Shown here one piece after another: positions 9,096 to 19,436 of a stretch of DNA of 43,143 nt. A program made the translations under genes and the position numbers. This DNA is from a virus (Duplodnaviria > Caudoviricetes). Location of the stretch: positions 1 through 43,143 of the IMG/VR virus record IMGVR_UViG_3300038315_001592; one strand, given 5' to 3'. The notes beneath the pieces were generated by a model. The model searched no databases, was not told the origin of the DNA, and saw only the letters and a program-made list of their open reading frames with translations. How positions within the stretch are numbered: position 1 is the first letter of the stretch; each line of letters starts with the position of its first letter.

Positions 9096-10031
9096 GTGAG
9101 CAAGGATACAGCACTGGAGTTTACGAATAATATTTTGGCTCTTGTAGGCGGAACTCAAGTTAGCACAATCGTAGGCCTAACTGGAGGGACGATAGCGGAT
9201 ATTACACTTAGGACTATTAATAGAGCTATCAAGAGAATAGCTGGAAAACCAGACGTAGAATGGTTTACGCTATTCAAGTCTAGACTCCTGCAGACGAGGA
9301 TCTACACAGCGAGCACAATCACAATAGCTCAGGATTCTGGGGGAGATACGATCACGGACTCTGCTAGTGGATTAGGGAGCTTTGATGCAGGAGCTGAGCT
9401 GGTTATCCTAGATGATTCTAATGATAATCTGAGATTCACTATTAGCTCAGTGGCAGCAGGTCAGATAGTCCTTAATGAAGCTGAAATTGCCACAGCTGTA
9501 GCTATCGGGAGCTCAATTAGCGTAGTCCAGGTGAGTTACCCTGTAGCCAGTGATTTCAGGAATTCCATAGACTTACTTGATCCAGCTAATAATACAATAA
9601 TCAAGCCTAGATACACTAAGTCTATTGATATGGAGCGGAGATGGGCGAATAATGCTACGGGAGATCCTGATCTGTTCACAGTAGCGGGGAATTTTTATAG
9701 ACTCAGCTGGATTCCAGGAAGTCAGCTTACGCTTATTGACCGGTATATGGCTTATCCGACTGAGCTCACCCTAGACGCTCAGACAAGTGACCTTCCTGAG
9801 TTCTGTGATAATGCTATTCATTATTTAGCTTATTCGGATATTCTTTTCTTTAAGAAGAATCTTGAGCAGGGAGCAGCTGAATTCAGTAAATACAAGGGGG
9901 AGATAGAGCAAGCAATAGACGCTAATCAGAGAATATCTGATATGGAGAATGTAGTAGAGATGAACTCCGATAGGCTTATGGGAAGTCCGAGTGTGAGTTC
10001 TAATAGTCTTCTGACTATAGTTGATGATTAG
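9096..10031 (+). CDS. Head-tail adaptor / tail tubular protein A-like
   Basis: Position before nozzle; YPVASDF, SDLPEFCDNAIHYLA motifs; GTG start with GGAGG RBS. Confidence 0.7.
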   Translation: MSKDTALEFTNNILALVGGTQVSTIVGLTGGTIADITLRTINRAIKRIAGKPDVEWFTLFKSRLLQTRIYTASTITIAQDSGGDTITDSASGLGSFDAGAELVILDDSNDNLRFTISSVAAGQIVLNEAEIATAVAIGSSISVVQVSYPVASDFRNSIDLLDPANNTIIKPRYTKSIDMERRWANNATGDPDLFTVAGNFYRLSWIPGSQLTLIDRYMAYPTELTLDAQTSDLPEFCDNAIHYLAYSDILFFKKNLEQGAAEFSKYKGEIEQAIDANQRISDMENVVEMNSDRLMGSPSVSSNSLLTIVDD

Positions 10032-10045
10032 AAGAGGGAGATATA

Positions 10046-10390
10046 ATGGCATTTAGAGTAAACAAGGACTTGGAAAAATTAGCTAGATCACTAGTGGATC
10101 ACTTTGGGACTCCAGCTATTGGGGGATTCAATCTAGATAAGTTCCGAGCTACTGGGAGACTCCTTAAGAGTGGAACGTTCCCTAATCAGAAATTCATTAG
10201 CAGAGGGGCTCTAGAGTCTGGCGTAGTTGGTAAGAGTAGGGCTGGAGCGGAGTTCTCTAGACCAAAGACTCCTCCGAATCTAGGTCCTGAGCATGATGCA
10301 GCTGTAGATAAAATAGTAGACGTCCTAGGAGACGCTGGCGAAGAGGGGACTTTTCGGAGACTCATTAATTTTTTCAATAGGAAGAACTAA
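10046..10390 (+). CDS. Hypothetical protein
   Basis: ORF with RBS; stop coupled to next start. Confidence 0.6.
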   Translation: MAFRVNKDLEKLARSLVDHFGTPAIGGFNLDKFRATGRLLKSGTFPNQKFISRGALESGVVGKSRAGAEFSRPKTPPNLGPEHDAAVDKIVDVLGDAGEEGTFRRLINFFNRKN

Positions 10391-12309
10391 TGGCAGTTAG
10401 AGAACATCAAGGAGATATCCTTCAGTACGGAATGCCCATTAATGGAATTAATCTTTATAAGAGTCTCGTTGACCTAGACTCCGATGAATGTGTAATGGCT
10501 CAGAATTTGATCTATCGGAATGGTTTGGTAGGCAGGGGAGGAGCTAGTAAGCTGGTTGATTCAGCTGTTAATGGATCTAATAAAATCACTGGCCTAGAAG
10601 CTCTCTATGATTCATCTGGAGATGGAGTAATCTTAGCGGCTAGTAATGGAAAAATTAAATACAAGGATGGAAGTTCTTGGTCTCCTATAGACTCCTCCCT
10701 CGGGCAGAACTGGAATTCTTCAGCTGATGTGAAAATCAATCAGTGGGGAGCGTTGGATACTATTTATCTAGCTAATGGAGTTGACCGTGCTCTCAGGAGG
10801 AATTCTGATGGGAGTATCGACGAAGCAGGAAAAGTAGAGCTGACTATAGTCGATGGACAAGAGTTCATAGATGCAGCGAGTGCGACGATAACCTTCACAG
10901 TTGAGGATGAGGTCACTGTTCTCTTAGAAGGGAGGGATTTTTCAGCTTCGGCTAATGAAAATGGAATGGCTGAGAATCTAGCTCCGGTAGTGAATGGAAT
11001 CAGCGGATTAACTGCTTCAGCGAGTGGAGCAGTAGTGTATGTAACAGCTGACATGGAGAGTCATCTCCAGGTAGCAGAGTCTAATCTAGGGGAGTCAGCT
11101 ATCACTTTCTCTAATGGATTCTTAGGTCCTCCTAAAGCGAATCAGTTTCTCAATTATCAAGATAGGCTAATGTGCTTAGACGAGAATAATCCTAGTCGAG
11201 TCAGCTGGAGTAAACCTTATGATGATTCAGAATGGGAAACTAGAAGTGCGACAGGAATAAGCATAGATTCCCGAATCTACGGAATGAGTGTTCATAGTAT
11301 TCATAATAAGAACACAGGCTATCAAGCGGGAGTTCTCTTCTTTGGAGCGACTGGAGTTCATTTCTTCCAGGCTTCTGATATGAGAGTTCCTTATACTACG
11401 GGAGATTATACTATTTATCCGATCTCCTTGGATATTGGAGTAGACGCTGTGAAAACAGCTAAGTGGACTCCAGTGGGGACTATGTTCTTAGCTAGGGACA
11501 AGAAAGTCTACATGCTTCCTTTTAATACTAGTACTCCAGTTGAGATCTCTCAGAAGATTATTAGTAATCTGAGCTATCTCGAAGGAATTGAAGGAATAGA
11601 AGCTGGTAGGATAGCGGATGCCTGTGGAGTCTATCACGATGGTTATTATAAGCTTAGTTTCTCTAGGGATTCGGTTACAGCTAATGATACTCAATTCTGG
11701 CTGGAAGTGGGGAGACTCTCTAAGGACAATAGGAATGCTTATCAGCCGTGGTATGGGCCTATGACTGGAGTAGGAAGGAGCGTCTTTGCAGTTAGGCGAG
11801 GTCCTGGAGATAAGGGTGAGCTGATCAGTGGGGATGAATCTGATGGAGTTGTTTATCTAGATGGAGATATCTCTACCCTAGATGATGATGGAGAAGCTAT
11901 AATTCACGCTTATCAGAGTCTCTTCGCAGGCGGAGTTGGAGGTCTGCTAGCTCAGAAGAGCACTGCTTCTATCCTCAAGAGAACTGACCGTTGTGAACTG
12001 AATATTTTTGACACCATTAGTGCAGCTACTATAGACTTCTATGATGTAGGTAAGCAGTTGAGTATAGTAAATAGCTTCAGCTCTCTAGGAAAAGCTGACT
12101 ACTATTGCGGGGGGTTCTACTGTGGAGAGGCGTATTGTACTACCAATTCTCCCACTAAGGTGATTATTCCAATAGATCCTCTAATAGAATTTTATATGTT
12201 ATCAGCTACTATTCTACATTCTGTAGCTGGTGAAAAGTTTGAACTACACAACTTCAATGTGCATCTGACTCAGGAAGATCTAGTTATTCAAGATGCTAAT
12301 GTAACTTAG
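10390..12309 (+). CDS. Tail nozzle / tail tubular protein B-like (beta-propeller)
   Basis: GINLY...ECVMAQNL, IYLANGVD, YQDRLM, SRVSWS motifs typical of P22 gp10/T7 gp12-like nozzles. Confidence 0.75.
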   Translation: MAVREHQGDILQYGMPINGINLYKSLVDLDSDECVMAQNLIYRNGLVGRGGASKLVDSAVNGSNKITGLEALYDSSGDGVILAASNGKIKYKDGSSWSPIDSSLGQNWNSSADVKINQWGALDTIYLANGVDRALRRNSDGSIDEAGKVELTIVDGQEFIDAASATITFTVEDEVTVLLEGRDFSASANENGMAENLAPVVNGISGLTASASGAVVYVTADMESHLQVAESNLGESAITFSNGFLGPPKANQFLNYQDRLMCLDENNPSRVSWSKPYDDSEWETRSATGISIDSRIYGMSVHSIHNKNTGYQAGVLFFGATGVHFFQASDMRVPYTTGDYTIYPISLDIGVDAVKTAKWTPVGTMFLARDKKVYMLPFNTSTPVEISQKIISNLSYLEGIEGIEAGRIADACGVYHDGYYKLSFSRDSVTANDTQFWLEVGRLSKDNRNAYQPWYGPMTGVGRSVFAVRRGPGDKGELISGDESDGVVYLDGDISTLDDDGEAIIHAYQSLFAGGVGGLLAQKSTASILKRTDRCELNIFDTISAATIDFYDVGKQLSIVNSFSSLGKADYYCGGFYCGEAYCTTNSPTKVIIPIDPLIEFYMLSATILHSVAGEKFELHNFNVHLTQEDLVIQDANVT

Positions 12310-12321
12310 GGAGGTAAATTA

Positions 12322-13578
12322 ATGACCGTACTCGGCGAGGGGAATGGAACAGGTTATCCAGGAGTTCTAGACACTAGGGAAACTCAGGTGGATCAGCCAG
12401 CTGCGAATAAGACTCTAGTAGATGCTAATCTTTTGAATGATATCCTTAGAGCTATTGTAGGAATTCAGACTGAACTAGGTGTTGATCCAGCTGGTAATTA
12501 TGATGATCTAATTAGTTCTCTTAATGGAACTGGGACTGCGGTAGACTCCTCAACTGGAGCGACTATTACCCTCCCTACTGATGGGAGTTACGTAGAGATC
12601 AGCGGAAGTGGAAATAAGACAGATTTTTCAGCTGCTGCCAGTGGAACAGTTGTCTTTGCGTTGTTTACTTCAGCGATGACGCTGAAACATAACACAGCTA
12701 AGATTATCCTAGCTAATACTGACAAAGTAACAGCTAATGGTGATCTAGGCGTATTCAGATGTCTCGATGGGAGTATCTGGAGGATGTTATACTATCAGCC
12801 CAGTGGAGGAGTAGCTCCTCAGTCAGAGGTAACTAGTCACACTGGGAATACTAGTAATCCCCATGCTGTTGATAAAGACGATGTGAGCTTGGGGATAGGA
12901 GATTCTCCTGAGTTTACAGGACTAACAATAACAAGTACTTCAGCTTTCACAGGAGCAATTACAGCTACAGGTGGCGTTGAACTAAGCCATGCAACAGCAA
13001 ATACATTAACAGGGTCTTCAGGAGATGCTCTAATAGAAGGTACTATTTTAAAGAAGGTTGGAAAAGATACAATATGGGTTCCTGTTGAAGCAATGACTCC
13101 TGCTACTACTCAACCTTGTGGTGACTTGACATTAGTTGAAGCTGGTACAAATGATGTTGATTACAATGTAATGGATTTTGATGCTAGTTCAGATGAATAT
13201 GCTAATTTTAACATTCAAATGCCTAAAAGTTGGAATCTGGGAACTGTAACATTTCAGGTTGTTTGGCTGTCAACTGCAACTGACACAGATGGAATTGCAA
13301 TGGGCTTGCAAGGTGTGGCGATAAGTGATAATGAAGCAATAGACGCATCTTGGGGAACTGCTGTGGTAGTCACAGATGATGCTCAAAGTGCAGCAGGAGA
13401 AGTCTATGTCACAGCAGAATCAGGTGCAGTTACTATTGCTGGAACTCCAGCAGATGATGACCTTGTGATTTTTAGATTATTCAGAGATGTCTCAGATGCA
13501 AATGATGATATGACTGAAGATGCTAGGGTTTTAGGGATTAGGCTCTTCTTTACAACGGATGCTTCAGAAGATACATAA
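12322..13578 (+). CDS. Tail fibre / spike protein (mosaic)
   Basis: G/T/S-rich; HTGNTSNPH fibre repeat; C-terminal DFDASSDEYA...MPKSWNLGTVTF domain. Confidence 0.75.
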   Translation: MTVLGEGNGTGYPGVLDTRETQVDQPAANKTLVDANLLNDILRAIVGIQTELGVDPAGNYDDLISSLNGTGTAVDSSTGATITLPTDGSYVEISGSGNKTDFSAAASGTVVFALFTSAMTLKHNTAKIILANTDKVTANGDLGVFRCLDGSIWRMLYYQPSGGVAPQSEVTSHTGNTSNPHAVDKDDVSLGIGDSPEFTGLTITSTSAFTGAITATGGVELSHATANTLTGSSGDALIEGTILKKVGKDTIWVPVEAMTPATTQPCGDLTLVEAGTNDVDYNVMDFDASSDEYANFNIQMPKSWNLGTVTFQVVWLSTATDTDGIAMGLQGVAISDNEAIDASWGTAVVVTDDAQSAAGEVYVTAESGAVTIAGTPADDDLVIFRLFRDVSDANDDMTEDARVLGIRLFFTTDASEDT

Positions 13579-13589
13579 AGGAGGAAATA

Positions 13590-14060
13590 ATGGCAAAAGG
13601 TTTTAAAGTTTGGGATAATGATTATGATCCAGTGGTTAATCCAACTAATTTTCCAGAAGGGAAAGAGATGCCAGGAAATTACGCTACTGGTAAAACAATC
13701 AATGGGAAGCTAGTATGGAGACCTGTTAATATTGGAACTAATCCTTCTTATGATTCAGTAATTCAAGACAGAACAAGAGCTCATGTAATGAATGACGATA
13801 ATGTGACTATTAATTACACTGTAAATGATAAAAATCTAAATGAATATAAAAAACTCAGAGCTAAAGAATTCCTCAGAGAAGGAATTACTATACTCAATAC
13901 AAAATACACAGAAGAATTTGAAAGAGAAGGAGCTGGTTATACAGCTGACAGAGCAACTCTTAGGGATTATGCAATTGGAACTTTAAAACCTGCAGTTCAA
14001 GCAGCTGGAACTGTTTCAGCTGTTAGGGGGGTCACAGCTACATGGCCTGATATATCATGA
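13590..14060 (+). CDS. Putative tail fibre assembly/associated protein
   Basis: Follows fibre; C-terminal TWP motif resembling Tfa-like chaperones. Confidence 0.5.
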   Translation: MAKGFKVWDNDYDPVVNPTNFPEGKEMPGNYATGKTINGKLVWRPVNIGTNPSYDSVIQDRTRAHVMNDDNVTINYTVNDKNLNEYKKLRAKEFLREGITILNTKYTEEFEREGAGYTADRATLRDYAIGTLKPAVQAAGTVSAVRGVTATWPDIS

Positions 14061-14854
14061 GAGTAAAACAAAGATACCACATAGACAAAAGCGGATTGTT
14101 TCTTCCTGTGAATAATTTAAGGCATTCCTTTGGTTACAGGATTTTAGGGTTTGGTGGATATGCAAGGACTGCTTTTAGTCCAATATCTGTAGCATTTGAC
14201 GGAACAGACTATATGTCCTTTACGGGTCAATTAACTGGTGGAGCTGATTCTAAAGTAGGTATCTTCTCTTGTTGGGCTAGATTTCCAACTGATAATAATA
14301 CTGAGCAGTTTTACACAGCAGATGGAAATAATATAAAATTTTGGAAGCGAGGAGGAGCATTTGATGATGTTCGGGTAGAGCTTCAACAGTTAGACATGAA
14401 CAGTACCGTTACAACTCTAACTAACAATACTTGGTATCATGTTTTGTGTGCATGGGATTTAGGCTCATCTGTTGAGCAAATGTATATTAATGATGTAGAC
14501 GAGAATCCTAACGTAGGTACCAGCAATAATGCTAACGTAGATTGGACTTATACTTTGAACTTGTGCGGTGCTGGAGTTGGTGGAGATGACCCCATAGAAG
14601 CAAGCATGGCAGAGGTATATCTTAATATTGCAGAGACTTTGGACATAAGCCAAGCAGAGAATAGGGCTAAGTTTATTTCAGGGGGTTCACCTGTTGATTT
14701 AGGAGAAGATGGTAGTACCCCAACAGGCTCACAACCAATAGTTTATTTTAGTAATAGAGATGCAGACGCGGCTTCTGCTTTTGCTACCAACAGAGGAACT
14801 GGCGGGGATTATTCAATAACAGGCACATTGGTAGAAGGTTCAGCATTACCCTAA
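14057..14854 (+). CDS. LamG/concanavalin-like domain receptor-binding or virion protein
   Basis: FDGTDY, FSCWAR, WYHVLCAWD, MYIND motifs. Confidence 0.75.
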   Translation: MRVKQRYHIDKSGLFLPVNNLRHSFGYRILGFGGYARTAFSPISVAFDGTDYMSFTGQLTGGADSKVGIFSCWARFPTDNNTEQFYTADGNNIKFWKRGGAFDDVRVELQQLDMNSTVTTLTNNTWYHVLCAWDLGSSVEQMYINDVDENPNVGTSNNANVDWTYTLNLCGAGVGGDDPIEASMAEVYLNIAETLDISQAENRAKFISGGSPVDLGEDGSTPTGSQPIVYFSNRDADAASAFATNRGTGGDYSITGTLVEGSALP

Positions 14855-14879
14855 TAATAACCTTTTAAGGAGGGAAACG

Positions 14880-15071
14880 ATGAAAATTTTTGAATGGATG
14901 ATGAATAATTGGGATCAGTTAATTATGATAGCTTTTGCTTTAGTAGGTGCGTTTAGTGCTATAGCTAAGATTACGCCTACCCAGAAGGATGACGTAATAG
15001 CAGATGCTATTCTGAAAGTTATCAATGCGTTAGCTCTTAATCCTAAGAAATCCTCAGCCAGAAAGGATTGA
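14880..15071 (+). CDS. Putative holin
   Basis: TM helix followed by IAKITPTQKDD motif and basic C-terminus; lysis cluster. Confidence 0.65.
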   Translation: MKIFEWMMNNWDQLIMIAFALVGAFSAIAKITPTQKDDVIADAILKVINALALNPKKSSARKD

Positions 15072-15074
15072 GCT

Positions 15075-15311
15075 ATGGCTCTCACAGACGACGAGAGGGA
15101 TAGACTCATACTAGAGACTCATTCTTTTACTAGTGAAATTCAGAGTAGGGGCTGTAAGGTAGGAATAGATAGGATAAATAAAGTAGCTGGCGATCTCGAA
15201 AAGAACACTAGAGAGCATATCTGGCTCAAGGGGTGGAGCTACGCAGTCGGAGTGTTTGTTACTATGCTAACTTGGATAATTAGTCTAATATGGAAGAAAA
15301 CGGGAGGATGA
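15075..15311 (+). CDS. Small protein with C-terminal TM helix (lysis-associated)
   Basis: Coiled region then WSYAVGVFVTMLTWIISLIW. Confidence 0.55.
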   Translation: MALTDDERDRLILETHSFTSEIQSRGCKVGIDRINKVAGDLEKNTREHIWLKGWSYAVGVFVTMLTWIISLIWKKTGG

Positions 15312-15499
15312 ATGGAACAGTTAAGATTTTGTTATCTATCATCGGAGGACTCTTGATAGTAGTAATTACTATGTTAGGGGGACTACTCAAATGGTATGTA
15401 AATACCACTGGAGAATCGAATAGCCGTCAATGGAGAATGATCACTGATATAGAGGGTAGAGTTATAGCTCTAGAAACTAAGGGGAGGAAATGTAAATGA
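15290..15499 (+). CDS. Small membrane protein (likely start 15308)
   Basis: N-terminal TM helix; GGAGG RBS before MNGTV. Confidence 0.55.
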   Translation: MEENGRMNGTVKILLSIIGGLLIVVITMLGGLLKWYVNTTGESNSRQWRMITDIEGRVIALETKGRKCK

Positions 15500-15825
15500 A
15501 AAAGGTTATGATAGCAATTACGCTGGTTCTTTTGACTAGCTTAGCTTGGGCAGAACACCCAAGGAATGTTCCACCTATTTTTGTGGAATGCGACAAGCTG
15601 GATCTTCAAGTAATCAGAGATGCACATAGACACGCAGAGAAGACTAAAATAGAAATTCCACAAAAGGATGGAACTGTGGAGGTTTCTTGGAATATAAGTG
15701 AGAAGACGAGAATCAGACTAGCCAGGGAATACACTAAGCTCACTGAAGCTCACGATTGCTGGCAGAAAGTGAGCGTTAATTTATTTAGGATTCTAGATAA
15801 ACTCTACAAGGAGAAGCAACTATGA
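15496..15825 (+). CDS. Secreted hypothetical protein
   Basis: Sec signal peptide ending AWA; two Cys. Confidence 0.65.
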   Translation: MKKVMIAITLVLLTSLAWAEHPRNVPPIFVECDKLDLQVIRDAHRHAEKTKIEIPQKDGTVEVSWNISEKTRIRLAREYTKLTEAHDCWQKVSVNLFRILDKLYKEKQL

Positions 15826-15826
15826 A

Positions 15827-16270
15827 ATGGGAAACTGGCTTAGAATATTCAATGAACAAAGGAGACTAGATCAAATGTCATTCTATTCAAGTAGAAGCAG
15901 AAACAGACTCTATACTTGTCATCCAGTTCTGCAGATTATCATGGAGAAGGCTATTCAGTCAATGGATCTGACTATTCTTTGTGGAATCCGCTCTGAATCT
16001 GAACAAAAGGAAGCTGTTAGACTAGGACATTCCTACGCAGATTTTCCTGATTCAGCTCATAATGTAATCTCAGAGGGGGATTCGTCTAGAGCTGTAGACG
16101 CAGCTCCATTCCCTATTGACTGGAATAATAAACTCAGATTCTATGAGATGGGAGCGTTGGTTCTTGGAATAGCTAGTGAAATGGGCTTTAAGCTAAGGTG
16201 GGGAGGACATTTCAAGAAAAGAAACGGAGAGCTCTTCTTTGATGGAGTTCATTTTGAATTAATTGAATGA
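15827..16270 (+). CDS. Endolysin, M15 L-Ala-D-Glu peptidase
   Basis: CHPVLQ, CGIRS..EQ, SAH...AVD, LRWGG, DGVHFEL zinc-peptidase motifs. Confidence 0.92.
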   Translation: MGNWLRIFNEQRRLDQMSFYSSRSRNRLYTCHPVLQIIMEKAIQSMDLTILCGIRSESEQKEAVRLGHSYADFPDSAHNVISEGDSSRAVDAAPFPIDWNNKLRFYEMGALVLGIASEMGFKLRWGGHFKKRNGELFFDGVHFELIE

Positions 16271-16389
16271 AGCTGATCATCAAGCTGATCTGTTATGGGA
16301 TCCTAGCCGCTGGAGCTTATCCAGTTTATTTGATTGATTGTTTGATTAGAAAGATCAGGAAATGGAAAAAGGAAAAAATGGGAATATAG
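16267..16389 (+). CDS. Small amphipathic/basic peptide (40 aa), not in ORF track
   Basis: ATGA-coupled to endolysin; MKLIIKLICYGILAAGAYPVYLIDCLIRKIRKWKKEKMGI. Confidence 0.45.
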   Translation: MKLIIKLICYGILAAGAYPVYLIDCLIRKIRKWKKEKMGI

Positions 16390-16865
16390 TATTCGTTCCA
16401 GCTACAGTCATGGATCTCCATAAGATAGTCTATATGTGGATCAAAATGAGAGAAGAATTCAGCGATCCAGTTGAGAGTCTCCTTGACAGGGATCAACGTG
16501 AAGTGGAATTCTTTTATAGAAGCCTAATGCTGAAGGTAACAGACGAGAGATTCAAGAATGGAAACATAGTAATCATAGCTTTCTATAAGACTGAACCAAT
16601 AGGATTTGGATTAGCTGACGTACAAGTCCTAGATAATTCCTCTCATTGGTTAGGATATTGCAGAGAAATCTACGTTAAGGAAAAATTCAGAAAAAGGGGA
16701 ATTGAAATTGAAATACGTAGAACTCTAATTGAAGAACTCAAGAAAAGAAAAGTAAGTAAGATTCTTTATGTAGTAGAATATAACGATAAAATAATAGAAT
16801 CCTACCAGAAGAAAGGATTCGTTCCTATTAAGATAACTTTCATTAAGGAGGAGTCGGATGGCTAA
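16362..16865 (+). CDS. GNAT-family acetyltransferase-like protein
   Basis: IYVKEKFRKRGI acetyl-CoA motif and YQKKGF; sits before ejection genes as in many podoviruses. Confidence 0.85.
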   Translation: MEKGKNGNIVFVPATVMDLHKIVYMWIKMREEFSDPVESLLDRDQREVEFFYRSLMLKVTDERFKNGNIVIIAFYKTEPIGFGLADVQVLDNSSHWLGYCREIYVKEKFRKRGIEIEIRRTLIEELKKRKVSKILYVVEYNDKIIESYQKKGFVPIKITFIKEESDG

Positions 16866-18210
16866 TATTAGCGGGGGAGCTACTGGGGCTCTTAGTGGAG
16901 CATACATGGGAAGTCAAATTGCTCCAGGATGGGGAACTGCAGCAGGAGCTCTCATTGGTGGAGCAGCTGGACTCTTTGGAGGAGATGGAGGGGGGGATTT
17001 CAGACCAGAATATATTCCTACTAGGGGCTATGATCTTCCTTCCTTAGCAGGGACTACTAGACTAGCTGAACTCGCAGGTATGAGTCTCACAGCTGAGCCA
17101 GCGGTTTTCCCTGAGGGCTATTCCGGACACAGAGGCGAGAATATCCCAGATGAATTCTTTAGAGATCTTCTTCCAGGCGAGACAGCATTTAATCCGAGAG
17201 ACTTCGGAATAGGAAAGAGTCTTCAATCTGGGAGATTCGTGACTAGTCCGATAGACTCCCCTCCGATTTCCATAGATGACTCGTTTATTACTTCACCTGA
17301 GGTGAGGGGAACAACAGCATTCGATGATGTAGACTTGAATTATCCAGATTCTCCAGTTAATCCACCTAGGATAACTCCTCCTATGTTTCCAGGAGAGCCT
17401 GTTAGTAGATTTAGTACTCCATTGTTAGATAAACTCCTCAGTGGAAGAACTGGTCTAGATGAGAATAGACTAGAATATCTAAGTCAAATAGGTGATCTAG
17501 CTGCGGGGACTTCTTCTGTTCGGGGAGTGATTCCCTCTGCTGAAGGATTCGCCAAGGTGATAGCTCCTGAATTGGAAAAATTCAGATCAGAGGACATCAG
17601 TCAGCTGATCCAAGCTGAAGCTAGTGACCGTCAGAACCTGAACATAGCCAGGCGGGATTCAATTGAAGCTATTACGAATATCTACGGAACTGAGGTAGCT
17701 CAAAGGGCAACTGATATAGCGTCTAATAATGAGAACTTCAGAGTCCAAGTTGAAAAGGTAACTCGTCTAAGGGAATCAAAAGCTCAAGCAGAGACTCAAC
17801 TAGAGGGCATTAGAGTAGGAGCTGAAACTGAGCGTCAGAGACTGACTACTCAGATCAAGATAGCTGAAATTGACGCTAATCTCAAAAAGGAAGAAATTCA
17901 GCTCCAAGCTGCTGCACTCTTCGCTGAGCAGACTAAAGGATTTCACACCACTGGTGGCGGAGCAGCTGGCGGGGGAGGTGGAATTGATCCTCTGACTATG
18001 GCAATGGCTATGGGTAGTCTGAGAAATACTCCTCGTGGAAATATTAATCTTCAAGAGTTTGATGACTTAGCTACTTCATTTATTACTAATAGTAACACTA
18101 CAGACACAAGACCTGGAGCTTTTGGAGAATTCAATGATACAGGAGAACATCTTGGGTTTCCATCCAGAGATGACTATAATGGATTCTCATTTCCACCTCA
18201 AGGGCCTTAA
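16858..18210 (+). CDS. Putative ejection (internal virion/pilot) protein
   Basis: N-terminal glycine zipper GATGALSGA...GWGTAAGALIGGAAGLFG, then coiled coil. Confidence 0.7.
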   Translation: MANISGGATGALSGAYMGSQIAPGWGTAAGALIGGAAGLFGGDGGGDFRPEYIPTRGYDLPSLAGTTRLAELAGMSLTAEPAVFPEGYSGHRGENIPDEFFRDLLPGETAFNPRDFGIGKSLQSGRFVTSPIDSPPISIDDSFITSPEVRGTTAFDDVDLNYPDSPVNPPRITPPMFPGEPVSRFSTPLLDKLLSGRTGLDENRLEYLSQIGDLAAGTSSVRGVIPSAEGFAKVIAPELEKFRSEDISQLIQAEASDRQNLNIARRDSIEAITNIYGTEVAQRATDIASNNENFRVQVEKVTRLRESKAQAETQLEGIRVGAETERQRLTTQIKIAEIDANLKKEEIQLQAAALFAEQTKGFHTTGGGAAGGGGGIDPLTMAMAMGSLRNTPRGNINLQEFDDLATSFITNSNTTDTRPGAFGEFNDTGEHLGFPSRDDYNGFSFPPQGP

Positions 18211-18239
18211 ATTTAACTAACAACGAAAGGAGGAAAAGA

Positions 18240-19436
18240 ATGGTAGACCTAAGACCTAATGTAATAGCACTCCCACAGAGAAGAGAGCCTAATAGGAGAT
18301 CAGACTCGAATACTATTCTCCAGATGCTATTTAATAATAAGCGTCTAGCTCTAGAGACAGAACAAGCAGCTAATCTCAAGGAATACAGAGCAGCTAAACT
18401 CATTCAAGAAGAAGAAATAGAAAAAGATCGAATTGCAGCTCTAGACGCTCACAACGAGAGAATGTTTACACTGAGCCAAGAAAGAAATAAACTAGCTCTA
18501 GCTACCAAAGAGATCACCGAAGCTGAAGCTAACAAGGAAGCTGAGTTCATTAAATTCAGAACCAGTAAACTCGAAGGAGACACAGATAGAGCTATTGAAA
18601 CTCTTGGACTCCTAAATGACCTCAAGAAGCTCAAAGTAGAATATAATAGAATGGCAGCTAAGAATAATGCTGACACACTAAAAGTAACTACTGCTGAAAT
18701 AGAGCGAATTAAAGCTAACTACAAACCAGGATTTGATTTCTACGTTAAAAATGGAGTGCTATTCGCTGGTCAAGAACAAGAATACCTAGGAGCTCTTATT
18801 CAAGCAGCTCAAGGGAAGGACAGGCAGCTGAATCTTTTACTAGGACGAAAAACTGGAATTGATTCTATTGGAGATGCAGTCGAAGGAGAGAAACTTAGAT
18901 CAGTAGCTGAAATTGAAGCTGAAGAGAAAGCTGGAATCATAGCTGCAAAAGAGAAGAAACTAAAAGAGTTACAGGACAAGGAAGCTAAACTCCAAGAAAA
19001 AGATGAAACTGTTAGTCTCAGTAAAGCTAAACAACGTATCAAGGGAACTATGGAAAGAGAATTAGATCCTATGACTCCTTCAGATCTGTTTCAACTTTCA
19101 GATAGTCCTCAACAGTTAGGCTCTACTAAAGGAGATATCATTGATGAGGATTTAACTATCACTGGAAAGCCTAGAGAAGGGCTCTCTTCCCTGAGGAGTC
19201 CTAATCCGATTACTATTCTAGGGGCAGGCCCAGAACAACCTCCAGCAGGAACTGGTCAAGGAATAGAAACATTTGGAGGATTAGTCAAAGCTCTCAAGGA
19301 CAATAGGATAACAGCTCTAGCTGCTTTTCTCAAAGCTGAGAAGCTCAAGCGAAGAAGTAAGAATCTTACAGCTGCTCAGAAGACCAATCTGGAAATCTTA
19401 AGCAAACTCTTCAAGGAAAGGGAGGCTGAACTCTAA
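18240..19436 (+). CDS. Putative ejection protein
   Basis: Helical, A/E/K-rich; position in ejection cluster. Confidence 0.6.
   Translation: MVDLRPNVIALPQRREPNRRSDSNTILQMLFNNKRLALETEQAANLKEYRAAKLIQEEEIEKDRIAALDAHNERMFTLSQERNKLALATKEITEAEANKEAEFIKFRTSKLEGDTDRAIETLGLLNDLKKLKVEYNRMAAKNNADTLKVTTAEIERIKANYKPGFDFYVKNGVLFAGQEQEYLGALIQAAQGKDRQLNLLLGRKTGIDSIGDAVEGEKLRSVAEIEAEEKAGIIAAKEKKLKELQDKEAKLQEKDETVSLSKAKQRIKGTMERELDPMTPSDLFQLSDSPQQLGSTKGDIIDEDLTITGKPREGLSSLRSPNPITILGAGPEQPPAGTGQGIETFGGLVKALKDNRITALAAFLKAEKLKRRSKNLTAAQKTNLEILSKLFKEREAEL

Noticed and set aside
16362-16865. Mom-like DNA-modifying GNAT as the cause of the composition bias
   Set aside because: Position directly before ejection genes is the usual podoviral virion-associated GNAT slot; no Mom-specific evidence
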